Shown here piece by piece: positions 28,518 to 38,377 of a stretch of 64,000 nt of DNA. The stretch's first letter is position 1; the number at the start of each line of letters is the position of its first letter. Position numbers and translations under genes: made by a program. Source of the stretch: Patescibacteria group bacterium (lineage in GTDB: Bacteria; Patescibacteriota; Minisyncoccia; Ryanbacterales; GWA2-47-10b); assembly GCA_038064855.1 (NCBI GenBank), contig JBBTSE010000002.1, positions 8,530 through 72,529 on the forward strand, read 5' to 3'. The notes below the pieces were generated by a model that searched no databases, was not told where the DNA came from, and saw only the letters and a list, made by a program, of their open reading frames with translations.

Positions 28518-30011
28518 TTAATCCAAATGAGGTGGGAAAAGGGTCGCGCAATCAGGATTTTTACTTGCTTCCGATAAGTATGTACGAATAGTAGACAATC
28601 CATAAGTCGCATCATTCCACAGTTTTGGATAATCATAATTGACTGCCTGACATATGTCGCGCGCACTTTTATTTGATGTTGTCTGCTCAGGGTATTTCAT
28701 AAAAATGAATGCTACTTTGAAGTCCTTAACAAATTCCTTCCCATTGTCGTGAGAGTTTAAAATACGACTTCCATCTCCCGTATAGTAAATCCTATTACTA
28801 AACTGAGGATTATTATAAGGATTATATTGAGGATCTTTCATGCAGGCTGTTAGTTGTTTTAGCATTGTTTTGAAGTTGTCTAAAGTGATATTTTTGCGGA
28901 CGCCGTAAAATGTATCCCCTTCAGAGCCTTTCCTTTCAAGGTCATAGGCAATAAACATATCTTTAGTTGCAAGTTCTTCTTCAGTCATCAAACCCATCGC
29001 GTAGAGGTCAATATAATTAAATCTAGGGGTGGTGTTCGTTATGCCTTCCATGCCAGTAGTGGTGAATGTACCGTCCTTATTGTCTATGATTCTGCTGAGA
29101 CGAGGTTGAAGGTATGTGCCATTTTTAGCTTGCAATGCCCCTCCAACTATTACGCTCAGCGGGCCAGCCTCAAAATTTGATGACCAATGTCCCGATGGAA
29201 AGTCGTACACATATGAGGCCCACGAATCAAAGCATTGAGGTGCCCCCTGAACACCCCAGCCGACCCCCCAGTAATGCCCGAGTTCATGAACAAATACATA
29301 GCCGGAAAGAGTGGTATCATCCCACATTTTAAATTGTTGTATATATCTTAGGCGTGTAGGGTATCCGCTACAGTTCATATTCTCTACCGTAGAGCACTCG
29401 TTAATCTGCCCAATATTCGAAGGTACATAGCGTCTCATAAAACCATTGCTCCACCCATTGTATTTGTTATTTTGTTTGCCAACATCAAATGTTACCAACA
29501 TATCAAATTCATCAGGATATATTTCATAGAATTTTTGAACCACTGCATTCATAGACATGACACCATTTTCGTATCGACTCGGATCATTTTCTGGAACTTC
29601 TAAGATTAAAACATTTGGTATGGGTTTTGTTAGGGTTTGCGGTGGCGGGAGAAGTTTTTTGACGGTAGGAGGTAGAGGTTGAGCGACAGGAGGCATGACC
29701 ACGACCGGTGTCGGTATTGGTTGTTGAGGCGGCGTCGACTTCTGTGGGAGCTGTCTTTGCTCAGGTTTTTTCTCTAAGATTTTTGTATTCGTTGTTTCCT
29801 GTTGGTCTTCTTTTTTAATCACAGAAGAGTTTTCGGTAGTATCTACTACCTTTTGGTTTTCCAGCTCTTCGGATGTTTTGGTTGGTATGGTTGCGCGCTC
29901 CTTGTCTTCAGAAGTTTCTAATTCATAAAAATAAACTCCGCCTCCAACAGCTATGACACTAACAATTACAAGCAAAAAAACCACTGGTGCGAATCCTGTT
30001 CGATGATTCAT
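28518..30011 (-). CDS. Membrane-anchored HExxH zinc metallopeptidase-like protein (AT-rich cargo)
   Basis: Pilin-like N-terminal TM (GFAPVVFLLV), Pro-rich stalk, FVHELGHYW, IDLYAMGL. Confidence 0.85.
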   Translation of the reverse strand: MNHRTGFAPVVFLLVIVSVIAVGGGVYFYELETSEDKERATIPTKTSEELENQKVVDTTENSSVIKKEDQQETTNTKILEKKPEQRQLPQKSTPPQQPIPTPVVVMPPVAQPLPPTVKKLLPPPQTLTKPIPNVLILEVPENDPSRYENGVMSMNAVVQKFYEIYPDEFDMLVTFDVGKQNNKYNGWSNGFMRRYVPSNIGQINECSTVENMNCSGYPTRLRYIQQFKMWDDTTLSGYVFVHELGHYWGVGWGVQGAPQCFDSWASYVYDFPSGHWSSNFEAGPLSVIVGGALQAKNGTYLQPRLSRIIDNKDGTFTTTGMEGITNTTPRFNYIDLYAMGLMTEEELATKDMFIAYDLERKGSEGDTFYGVRKNITLDNFKTMLKQLTACMKDPQYNPYNNPQFSNRIYYTGDGSRILNSHDNGKEFVKDFKVAFIFMKYPEQTTSNKSARDICQAVNYDYPKLWNDATYGLSTIRTYLSEASKNPDCATLFPPHLD

Positions 30012-30055
30012 ACCCTCATACTATCTTTGTTATTAGAGATGTACAATTAGTTCCT

Positions 30056-30194
30056 TGTGCGGTCGGCGGGAGTCCCTTTGCTTCCACAGCAAAGCCACGG
30101 ATTTTTGCTCGAACCAGTGGCGCAAAAATCCGGTTCGACCCCCTTTCATCCAAAACAAATAAAAATAACCCCGCATAGCGCGGAGTCATTTTTA
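30056..30194 (-). repeat. ~139-bp direct repeat copy B
   Basis: See copy A; immediately downstream of the split tRNA-Gly. Confidence 0.92.
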
Positions 30195-30235
30195 CTTGTG
30201 CGGTCGGCGGGAGTCGAACCCGCGTCTGCTGCTTG

Positions 30236-30445
30236 TCCCGCAAAATACAGAGCGCAGCGACAATATTTTGTGAGGATCCCGTGACAAGGGTGATTCTGGT
30301 GCGAGCGGCGAGAATCGAACTCGCGCCCTCTGCTTGGAAGGCAGACGTTCTACCATTAAACTACGCTCGCGTTTTTATATGGATTGACGCTCTGTATAAC
30401 GGGATCTTCGCAGAACATAGTCGTTTCACTCCTTGTTCTGCGGGA
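30236..30445. mobile_element. 210-bp REPIN/MITE-like element with 47-bp hairpin terminal inverted repeats carrying a tRNA
   Basis: Ends TCCCGCAGAACAAGGAG..GATCCCGT and TCCCGCAAAATACAGAG..GATCCCGT, 35/47 identical by manual alignment; no target duplication. Confidence 0.8.
30297..30370 (-). tRNA. tRNA-Gly(TCC), intact, CCA-encoded, nested inside the split tRNA
   Basis: GCGAGCG/CGCTCGC acceptor; TCTGC-CTTCCAA-GCAGA; TTCGATT. Confidence 0.95.
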
Positions 30446-30549
30446 GAAGGCAGCCATAATAGCCGTTATACGACGACCGCTTTTTAAAAATGCCGCTTTC
30501 ATCCCCTTCCGGAGAAGGGTTTACAGCGGCATCGGTATCGTAGCATACG

Positions 30550-30837
30550 CTAGCGAATTTCAAAAGACGAAAATTCACCGCTATACTCACCCCATGCAGT
30601 TTCACAATGATCAACCGTTGAGAACTCGGGGCCTTTGCCGGTCCAGTCTGCGAGTTTTTGGAGTGCCGCGTGATCACCCTCGGCGACAATGTCTACTGAC
30701 TCGTCAGGATTATTTTTCACGAAGCCGCAAAGGTCAAGCTCGTCAGCTTTTTGTTTTGTGTAAAATCGAAACGACACTCCCTGCACGCGGCCGGTTATCT
30801 TGATCATGATGCGTCCTTGTGGTTTCATTGGTTTCAT
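30550..30837 (-). CDS. acyP: Acylphosphatase
   Basis: ITGRVQGVSFR, GFVKN..D.SVDIVAEG. Confidence 0.92.
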   Translation of the reverse strand: MKPMKPQGRIMIKITGRVQGVSFRFYTKQKADELDLCGFVKNNPDESVDIVAEGDHAALQKLADWTGKGPEFSTVDHCETAWGEYSGEFSSFEIR

Positions 30838-30844
30838 TAAAACA

Positions 30845-30872
30845 AAAATACCTCGCGGGTGCGAGGTATTTT
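30845..30872 (-). terminator. Terminator after hup
   Basis: AAAATACCTCGC-GGGT-GCGAGGTATTTT. Confidence 0.75.
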
Positions 30873-30889
30873 TGTATAGTGGCAGATTC

Positions 30890-31162
30890 TTACTTAACTG
30901 CGTCTTTGAGGCCTTTGCCTGCGCGAAACTTTGGAACTTGCATTGCAGGTACTTGTACTGCAGCGCCCGTGCGCGGGTTGCGTGCGGTGCGAGCTTGGCG
31001 CTTTTTGGTAAGAAAGGTGCCAAAGCCAGATACCGCTACCTCGTCTCCCTTTGAGAGAGTTTTTGTGATTGAATCGAATACGGTGTCAACTGCTTCTTCA
31101 GCACCTTTTTTGGTACCGCCGATTTTGTTGAAGACTGCTTCGATTAAGTCGCCTTTGTTCAT
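30890..31162 (-). CDS. hup: DNA-binding protein HU
   Basis: MNKGDLI, GFGTF, ARNPRTG, PKFRAGKGLKDAVK. Confidence 0.97.
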   Translation of the reverse strand: MNKGDLIEAVFNKIGGTKKGAEEAVDTVFDSITKTLSKGDEVAVSGFGTFLTKKRQARTARNPRTGAAVQVPAMQVPKFRAGKGLKDAVK

Positions 31163-31281
31163 GTGAGAAAAAAATTATTTTGAGTTACGACCTTTTTCGT
31201 TTTGCATGAAATGCTACAGACATAGTATCACAAATCCTTTGTTTGCAACACATTTTGCACTTTCATTATGCACAGCCCACT

Positions 31282-32811
31282 TTAGCGGGCGTATTCGATG
31301 GACCTGGACTCGCGGATGACATTTACCTTGATCTCGCCCGGATACTTGAGCTCTTGCTCGATACGGTCGGCGATGTCACGAGCAAGCTTCTTGGCCTCCA
31401 AGTCACCAATCTTCTCGGGGGTGACAAATACGCGGATTTCACGGCCTGCCTGAATGGCATATGACTTTTCGATACCTGGGAAAGATCCCGCGATACGCTC
31501 AAGATCTTCTAAGCGTTTGAGATAGTTTTCTACTGAATCACGCCGTGCTCCAGGGCGTGATGCAGATATTGCATCGGCGGTCTGGACGATGATCGATTCG
31601 AGCGTTTCATACGGGTATTCTTCGTGGTGTGACTGCATCGCCTGGATAACGGCAGTATCAACCCCAAATTTTTGTAGAATGCGGCGACCAATCTCGACAT
31701 GCGTTCCCTGTACTTCGTGATCGACTGCTTTGCCGATGTCATGCAAGAGTGCGCCTTTTTTGGCGATAGCAATATCAGCGCCAAGTTCGGATGCAAGCAT
31801 ACCCGAGATGTGCGTCATCTCAACCGAGTGTTGAAGGACATTTTGCCCGTAGCTGGTGCGAAAGCGCAAGCGACCAAGTAGCTGCATAAGGCGGGGGTCA
31901 AGGTCAAAGATGCCGACCTCGTACGCGGCGGCGTCTGCCGCGTCTTTCATTATTTTTTCAATTTGTGATTTTGCTTTATCGACTGATTCTTCAATGCGCG
32001 CGGGCTGGATACGCCCGTCAGAGATCAAGTCTTCGAGTGCCATCTTGGCTATATGCCGACGCACGGGGTCAAAGCCGGAAATGGTGATCATGCCCGGTGT
32101 ATCATCGACGATGATTTCAACGCCAGCCGCGCGCTCAAGGGTGCGAATATTGCGACCTTCGCGTCCAATAATTTTACCTTTGAGTTCTTCGGATGGGATG
32201 ACGACGCTGGTGGTAGTCACCTCAGACGCGGTCGAGGTAGCGACGCGTTGGATGATAGCCGCTAAAATATCGCGTGCTTTTTTGCCAAGGCGTTCTTCGC
32301 CCTGCAGTTCGAGCTTATGGAGACGACCTAAAAAGTCTGACTCGTATTTTTTCTCAATGGCGCCAAAAAGTTGCTCGCGGGCATCTTCTTGTGAGAGTTG
32401 CGCTACGCGCTCGAGAGCTGCGCGCTGTTCTTCTTCTTTGTTTTTAAGCGTTTCTTGTGCTTGGCGGATTCTCTCCACTTTGTCGCGGAGGCCCGTTTTT
32501 TCGTCTTCGAGTTCTTGCGACTTTTTTTCGAGTGTTTCTTCTTTGCGTGTGTTACGGTCTTCCCATTTGTGAATTTCAGCTTCGCGTTCTTTGATTTCCT
32601 TTTGAGCTCCTTCGAGGACGCTTGTTGCTTTTGTTTGTGCCTCGAGGATTAATTGTTGGCCTCCAGTCTTAGCTTCGAGAAGTTTTTTCTGAATCTCGAG
32701 CTCGATCGAGTTTTTTTGTTGTTGAGCAATAAATTTGCGCAAGACATACCCGATGCCAACGCCCGCCAGAAGCACCAAAGCCACAACGCCGAGTTGTGAG
32801 GTGAGGTACAT
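31282..32811 (-). CDS. rny: Ribonuclease Y
   Basis: TM + coiled coil + KH (KGKIIGREGRNIR) + HD (LLHDIGK). Confidence 0.97.
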   Translation of the reverse strand: MYLTSQLGVVALVLLAGVGIGYVLRKFIAQQQKNSIELEIQKKLLEAKTGGQQLILEAQTKATSVLEGAQKEIKEREAEIHKWEDRNTRKEETLEKKSQELEDEKTGLRDKVERIRQAQETLKNKEEEQRAALERVAQLSQEDAREQLFGAIEKKYESDFLGRLHKLELQGEERLGKKARDILAAIIQRVATSTASEVTTTSVVIPSEELKGKIIGREGRNIRTLERAAGVEIIVDDTPGMITISGFDPVRRHIAKMALEDLISDGRIQPARIEESVDKAKSQIEKIMKDAADAAAYEVGIFDLDPRLMQLLGRLRFRTSYGQNVLQHSVEMTHISGMLASELGADIAIAKKGALLHDIGKAVDHEVQGTHVEIGRRILQKFGVDTAVIQAMQSHHEEYPYETLESIIVQTADAISASRPGARRDSVENYLKRLEDLERIAGSFPGIEKSYAIQAGREIRVFVTPEKIGDLEAKKLARDIADRIEQELKYPGEIKVNVIRESRSIEYAR

Positions 32812-32910
32812 AGAGGTGAATTAATACTTGGTTCATAAATAACGACAATAGTTAAGGTAGCTTTACTATATGATTTTTCAGCGCTTTCGTCAATGTGATA
32901 CACTGGAGAC

Positions 32911-34488
32911 ATGAACTTCAAACCGATAGTGCTCGCGGTGCTCGATGGCTTTGGTATCAACACATTGCCGGGCGAGTCGCCTTTGCAGATGGCAAAAAAA
33001 CCTACCTTCGATGACATTCATCAGTTCTATCCGTTTACTACCTTGCAGGCATCGGGTCTTGCGGTGGGTTTACCGTGGGGCGAGGAAGGAAACTCTGAAG
33101 TAGGCCACCTGACCATCGGTTCAGGGCGCGTACTCTATCATCATTTGCCACGCATCATTGTCTCAATTCAAGATGGTACTTTTTTTGAAAATCCCGCGTT
33201 TGTTGACGCGCTTGCACACGCACGATCAAACAAGGGCACGCTGCATATCGTGGGACTTTGCTCGTCTGGATCCGTGCACGCGTATGTCGATCATCTTTAT
33301 GCGCTGCTCAATTTTGCGCGTCGTGAAAATGCTGAGCGGGTCGCGGTACATATTTTTGGTGATGGGCGAGATGCGGCAGTGCGCGAACTCAAAACTTTTT
33401 TACCGCAGCTCGAAGAGCGTATGCGTACCGAGTGCCCCAATGCGTTTATCGCCTCGATCATCGGGCGACATTTTACGATGGATAGAGAAGAGCAATGGGC
33501 GTTAACCCAACAAGCATATGATTGTCTCATTGGCAAAAAGGGCGCGGCCTTTGAATTTCCAAAAAAATATATTGATGATCAGTATACTGCCGGTATCACT
33601 GATGAATTTTTTACGCCCGCATGGCGTGTCAACGAAAAGGGGGAGCCACAGGGACGCATTCGCGAGGGTGATGCGGTGATCTTTATGAATTTTCGTGAAG
33701 ATAGTGAGCGGCAGATGGCGCACTCGTTTGTCGATCATGATTTTACCAAGTTTGATCGCGCGTTTATCCAAAATTTGTTTTTTGTAACGATGACCGAATA
33801 TGAAAAGGGCTTGCCCGCACATGTGGCATTTCCCCCGCTCAATCTTGAGTGGCCGCTCTCACGCGTGATCTCGTATGCGGGGCGCAAACAATTTCATATC
33901 GCCGAGACCGAAAAGTACGCGCATGTGACCTATTTTTTTAACGGTGGCAAAGAGCAGCCGTTTCCGGCCGAAGATCGTAAGCTCATGCCATCTGCACGCG
34001 TGCCATTTGATCAAAAACCGGAAATGTCCGCACGCGAGATTACTGACTCGGTACTCGAGATTATGCCTCAGTATGATTTTATACTGATCAATTTTGCCAA
34101 TGCTGATATGGTGGGGCACACAGGTAATTTTGACGCAACCGTAAAAGCAATCGAGACGCTCGATGAATGCTTGGGTAAGCTCAAGAAAAAGCTTGATGAG
34201 ATGGGCGGCGCGCTTGTCATCACCGCTGATCATGGCAATGCCGAGGAAAAACGCTACCGGCTAACCGGTGAGCCACGCACGAAGCACTCGGCAAACCCCG
34301 TGCCGTTCTATCTCGTAGCAGGTCAATTTCGTAGAAAAGAAGCTCGATCACAGCAAGAAATCGATGCGCGTCTCAATCAGATCGAGGGTGTACTCTCGGA
34401 TGTAGCACCCACCGTACTCGACCTCATGGGTCTTTCCGTACCCGCTGAGATGACGGGGATTAATCTACTCCCGCGTTTGCTCGTATAA
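32911..34488 (+). CDS. gpmI: 2,3-BPG-independent phosphoglycerate mutase
   Basis: LDGFG, GNSEVGH, AETEKYAHVTYFFNGG, DMVGHTG, TADHGNAE. Confidence 0.97.
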   Translation: MNFKPIVLAVLDGFGINTLPGESPLQMAKKPTFDDIHQFYPFTTLQASGLAVGLPWGEEGNSEVGHLTIGSGRVLYHHLPRIIVSIQDGTFFENPAFVDALAHARSNKGTLHIVGLCSSGSVHAYVDHLYALLNFARRENAERVAVHIFGDGRDAAVRELKTFLPQLEERMRTECPNAFIASIIGRHFTMDREEQWALTQQAYDCLIGKKGAAFEFPKKYIDDQYTAGITDEFFTPAWRVNEKGEPQGRIREGDAVIFMNFREDSERQMAHSFVDHDFTKFDRAFIQNLFFVTMTEYEKGLPAHVAFPPLNLEWPLSRVISYAGRKQFHIAETEKYAHVTYFFNGGKEQPFPAEDRKLMPSARVPFDQKPEMSAREITDSVLEIMPQYDFILINFANADMVGHTGNFDATVKAIETLDECLGKLKKKLDEMGGALVITADHGNAEEKRYRLTGEPRTKHSANPVPFYLVAGQFRRKEARSQQEIDARLNQIEGVLSDVAPTVLDLMGLSVPAEMTGINLLPRLLV

Positions 34489-34507
34489 CCTTTCCTTGCT
34501 ACTCTCA

Positions 34508-34728
34508 GTGGAGTCTTCCTTTTTTACTCCAGCGAGTAAGCAGTGTGCTTGCTGGGGGCCGTAGGTCGCTCGGTTTGTTCCGCCTCTCACCGTTTGAGTT
34601 GCTACCCCGACCCGAGCAATGAGGTGTCTGAGGAGTTCGGACGCGCTACTGGGGAGTCAGCCAGTCTCTCATCAGTAAACGACCAACTGGCGTTTTTACC
34701 CACTCTCGATATCATCGAGAGTGTTTTT
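34508..34728 (+). ncRNA. Candidate structured non-coding RNA (unassigned; strand tentative)
   Basis: GC-rich intergenic region with several hairpins, a -10-like TGCTACTCT upstream and its own terminator CACTCTCGAT/ATCGAGAGTG-T5. Confidence 0.45.
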
Positions 34729-34740
34729 ATTTTATAAACA

Positions 34741-34765
34741 AAAAAGCCCCTGCGGGGGCTTTTTT
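34741..34765 (-). terminator. Terminator after clpP
   Basis: AAAAAGCCCC-TGCG-GGGGCTTTTT. Confidence 0.8.
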
Positions 34766-34774
34766 GTTTTGAGT

Positions 34775-35359
34775 TTATTTTGTTTTAGATTTGATGACCT
34801 CGTCGATGATGCCATATTTTTTAGCTTCTTCTGGATCCATATAGAAGTCGCGATCAGCATCTTTTTCAATTCTATCGAGCGATTGCCCCGTGTGCTTTGC
34901 CAAAATTTTATTGAGGCGATCTTTGACTTTGAGGATGTGGCGCGCGTTGATCTCAATGTCAGATGCTTGACCCTCTGCGGCACCCAATACTTGGTGGATC
35001 ATGATATCAGCGTTGGGGAGTGAATAGCGTTTGCCCTTTTGACCAGCACCGAGCAAGATAGCACCACCCGAGGCTGCCATGCCTACGCAGATGGTAGCGA
35101 CATCAGGCTTGATGTGCTGCATAGTGTCATAGATAGCGAGTGTTGAGGTTACTGATCCGCCCGGCGAGTTGATATAAAATGAAATGTCTTCTTTGGGGCT
35201 TTGGAGCTCCAAGAACAAAAGTTGAGCGATAATCGCGTTTGCTACCTGATCATTGATCTGGCTACCCAAGAAAATAATGCGGTCTTTGAGAAGACGCGAG
35301 TAAATATCATAGGCGCGTTCGCCGTAGCTTGATTTTTCGATAACAGTTGGGATAAGCAT
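34775..35359 (-). CDS. clpP: ATP-dependent Clp protease proteolytic subunit
   Basis: [35 protein letters not shown]. Confidence 0.98.
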   Translation of the reverse strand: MLIPTVIEKSSYGERAYDIYSRLLKDRIIFLGSQINDQVANAIIAQLLFLELQSPKEDISFYINSPGGSVTSTLAIYDTMQHIKPDVATICVGMAASGGAILLGAGQKGKRYSLPNADIMIHQVLGAAEGQASDIEINARHILKVKDRLNKILAKHTGQSLDRIEKDADRDFYMDPEEAKKYGIIDEVIKSKTK

Positions 35360-35360
35360 A

Positions 35361-36374
35361 TTATTGGATCTCTAAGAGTTCTATTACTTTTTCGTTTCGT
35401 AAGACGCCTTTAGCGTACTCCTCTACGCGACCTCGGTCAATCTGTGCTCGGTCTTTTTCTTCGTAGGGGCGGAGCATGACTTCTACGCGTTTGGTGACTT
35501 CGTCGGTGGTTGCTTCGGTCGATTCCTTGTGCGCAATTTCGCGAAGGGTGAGCGATACGCATACACGGCGCGCCGCATCTTCTTTAAATCCTGCGCGGAT
35601 TTCAGTCTCAGGTTTTTTTAGATGCGCCAAGTATTCGCTCCAGACAAGACCCATCTCCTCAATGCTGTGACGCAACTCGTCCACCATCTTGGTCTGCTCG
35701 GCGTCGATCATGATCTCTGGGATTTCAACCGTAGCAGCTTTGGCGATTTCTTCGATAAGGCGCATGCGATGCGCGTCGCGTGCTTTACTATTTTTTTCTT
35801 CTAAAATGCCTTGCTTGATATTATCTTGTAACGCTGCAAGTGTTGAAAAGCTCCCGAGTGTTTGTGCATAGGCGTCATCAATTGGTGGGGGAGTCGTGCC
35901 TTCAGGCGTGCGCACGCGCTGGATGTAGGTAAGTGTATCGGTTATTTCTTTTTCAGTTACCTCGAGTGTCGGTGTCTCTTTTTTGCTATTTACTTCGTGT
36001 GCGATACCTCTCCAGTCGGGCAGGGTAATATCAGGCATGACTGCTACGCGCGCCGTCCATTCAAGGGGGTTGCCGCGCGCAATTTTAGTTATGTGAAATT
36101 CGGCAGGACCAATAGCTTCAATTTTTTGCTCCGCCAAAACTTTCGGCCATTCATGTTGCAGGGCGGCTTCTGCCGATTCTTGCAAGATTTTATCTTCGCC
36201 AACTTTGTCGACTACCATTTTTTCGGGCGCTTTACCTTTTCGAAAGCCATCGAGCTCCGCATCGGCTACAACGCGCGTGGTTGTCTTCAATATATATGAG
36301 TCAAAGACATGCGTGTCGATAGCGCCCTTGATCTCAACACGCGAGTTCTCAATTTTTATGATCTCTACACTCAT
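35361..36374 (-). CDS. tig: Trigger factor lacking the FKBP domain
   Basis: GFRKGKAP signature; 337 aa; upstream of clpP. Confidence 0.92.
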   Translation of the reverse strand: MSVEIIKIENSRVEIKGAIDTHVFDSYILKTTTRVVADAELDGFRKGKAPEKMVVDKVGEDKILQESAEAALQHEWPKVLAEQKIEAIGPAEFHITKIARGNPLEWTARVAVMPDITLPDWRGIAHEVNSKKETPTLEVTEKEITDTLTYIQRVRTPEGTTPPPIDDAYAQTLGSFSTLAALQDNIKQGILEEKNSKARDAHRMRLIEEIAKAATVEIPEIMIDAEQTKMVDELRHSIEEMGLVWSEYLAHLKKPETEIRAGFKEDAARRVCVSLTLREIAHKESTEATTDEVTKRVEVMLRPYEEKDRAQIDRGRVEEYAKGVLRNEKVIELLEIQ

Positions 36375-38348
36375 TTAGTTCAAAAACGGGATGATAAGAA
36401 GTGCTACGATATTGACGACTTTGATCATAGGGTTGATGGCGGGGCCGGCCGTGTCTTTGTATGGGTCGCCAACGGTATCGCCGGTGATGGCTGCTTGATG
36501 GGCAAATGATTTTTTGCCTCCATGGTGGCCGTCCTCAATATATTTTTTCGCGTTGTCCCACGCAGCTCCCCCCGCGGTCATCGAGAGACCGACAAAAAGT
36601 CCTGTGGTGATAACGCCGATGAGAAGGCCGCCCAATGCTTCGGCGCCAAGTGCGAACCCGACGATAAGGGTGACGAGGATTGGTAAGAGAGCTGGTACTA
36701 TCATCTCGCGGAGTGCCGCTTGGGTTACGATATCTACCGTGCGCGCATAGTCAGGTTTTGCGGTACCTTCCGCAATACCCTTGGTGGTGGTCCACTGTCT
36801 GCGTACTTCGTGTACGACAGCGCCCGCCGTGTTACCTACTGCACGCATAGCGATTGAAGCAAAGATGTATGGGAGTGCGCCGCCGATAAAGAGACCGGCG
36901 AGTACCACGGGATCTGCCATATTGAGAAATACTGTTTTTCCGAGATGGGCTGCTTCATCGAGATACGCCGAGAACAAAACGATAGCGGCAAGACCTGCTG
37001 ACGCGATAGCATATCCTTTGGTGACTGCTTTGGTGGTGTTGCCCACCGCGTCGAGAGGGTTGGTGTTCGCGCGCACTGACGCCGGAAGATTCGCCATCTC
37101 GGCGATGCCACCCGCGTTGTCAGTGATAGGACCGAACGCGTCGATGGTGATGATGATGCCAGCGAGTGAGACCATGCTAAACGCCGCGATCGCTATACCA
37201 TAGAGATCTGCAAGCGCGTAGGCGCCGAGCATGCCAGTGACAATAATAAGAATCGGCACAAAAGTTGCCTCAAGTCCCACCGAAAGTCCGATGATGACAT
37301 TGGTGCCGTGTCCCGACTCAGACGCTTTTGCGATTGATTTAACAGGGCGGAATTTTTTTGATGTGTAATATTCAGTAATGAGGACCATTGCGAGCGCTAC
37401 AGCGATACCAATGGCTGCTGACAAAAACATCGCCATAGCGTCGCGCACAAAAAACATGCGCGTGACGGGGATGAAGAATACCGCGGCAAGGATAGAGGTC
37501 GCGACAAGCGACCTGTAGAGTCCTTGCATGATGGTTGCTTCACCTTTTATCTTGGCAAAGAAAAAGCCAATGATCGATGCGATGAGTGCCGCGCCACCCA
37601 ATACAAGCGGGTAGAGCTGTAAAGTTTCTTGGCCTGACGCAAGAAGCAATACGGCGACAAGCGTGACAGCATAGGTCTCAAAAAGATCAGCTGCCATACC
37701 CGCACAATCACCTACATTGTCGCCAACATTGTCAGCGATGACTGCGGGATTTCGTGGATCATCTTCGGGGATGCCGAGCTCGATTTTGCCTACGAGATCT
37801 GCGCCCACATCAGCACCCTTGGTATAAATACCGCCGCCGAGGCGCGCAAATACCGAGATGAGTGATCCACCAAACCCAAGGCCGATCAGCGCGTCTACTA
37901 GATGCGCGGTGCCTGCGTATGCGGCATAAAAGAGTGTAACCGCCAAAAGAGCGAGGCCTGCTACCAAAAATCCAGTAACCGCACCTCCTTTGAATGCGAC
38001 ATCGAATGCTTGTTTGATGCCTGTTCGCGCGGCCTCAGCAGTGCGGACATTTGCCATGACCGCTGTTTGCATGCCGATAAAGCCGGCAAATGCGGAGAAG
38101 ACCGCGCCTATCAAAAATCCGAGAGCTAAATGCATCGAATAAGCGACAGCGAGTACTACAAAGAGTACGGCAGCTACGATACCTACGGTACGGTATTGGC
38201 GCTTGAGGAATGCGTATGAACCTTCGCGGATTGCGGTTGCGATTTCTTGCATGCGCTCGTTGCCTTCGGGGAGTTTGATGATCGCGAGGCGAAGCCAAAA
38301 GGCGAACGCGATAGAGATGAGACTGGTGATAATTGCGAATGTAATCAT
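36375..38348 (-). CDS. hppA: Membrane pyrophosphatase, K+-independent H+-pumping type
   Basis: [28 protein letters not shown] (Lys determinant), [10 protein letters not shown]. Confidence 0.96.
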   Translation of the reverse strand: MITFAIITSLISIAFAFWLRLAIIKLPEGNERMQEIATAIREGSYAFLKRQYRTVGIVAAVLFVVLAVAYSMHLALGFLIGAVFSAFAGFIGMQTAVMANVRTAEAARTGIKQAFDVAFKGGAVTGFLVAGLALLAVTLFYAAYAGTAHLVDALIGLGFGGSLISVFARLGGGIYTKGADVGADLVGKIELGIPEDDPRNPAVIADNVGDNVGDCAGMAADLFETYAVTLVAVLLLASGQETLQLYPLVLGGAALIASIIGFFFAKIKGEATIMQGLYRSLVATSILAAVFFIPVTRMFFVRDAMAMFLSAAIGIAVALAMVLITEYYTSKKFRPVKSIAKASESGHGTNVIIGLSVGLEATFVPILIIVTGMLGAYALADLYGIAIAAFSMVSLAGIIITIDAFGPITDNAGGIAEMANLPASVRANTNPLDAVGNTTKAVTKGYAIASAGLAAIVLFSAYLDEAAHLGKTVFLNMADPVVLAGLFIGGALPYIFASIAMRAVGNTAGAVVHEVRRQWTTTKGIAEGTAKPDYARTVDIVTQAALREMIVPALLPILVTLIVGFALGAEALGGLLIGVITTGLFVGLSMTAGGAAWDNAKKYIEDGHHGGKKSFAHQAAITGDTVGDPYKDTAGPAINPMIKVVNIVALLIIPFLN

Positions 38349-38377
38349 AGGAGTGTGATCAGTAGGCTAATAATCTT

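Larger units (their letters stand above)
30199..30480 (-). tRNA. tRNA-Gly(TCC) interrupted in the anticodon (5' part 30480-30446, 3' part 30235-30199)
   Basis: Joined: GCGGTCG TC GTATAACGGCTATTAT G GCTGC CTTC|CAA GCAGC AGAC GCGGG TTCGACT CCCGC CGACCGC A, a canonical 72-nt cloverleaf. Confidence 0.9.

Noticed and set aside
30236-30445. Group I or BHB-type tRNA intron
   Set aside because: Too short once the inner tRNA is excluded, no group I core, ends in A rather than G, and I could not identify a bulge-helix-bulge at the junctions
28159-30487. Small ORFs over the repeats and tRNAs (e.g. 28159-28551, 30016-30243, 30233-30487)
   Set aside because: Translations of tRNA and repeat sequence, not credible proteins
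30490-30532. Hairpin containing TCCGGAAGG as SRP RNA
   Set aside because: Lacks the conserved CAGG/AGCA internal loop; more simply a terminator after acyP
34650-34685. CTGATGAG on the minus strand as a hammerhead ribozyme
   Set aside because: No GAAA core at the required position
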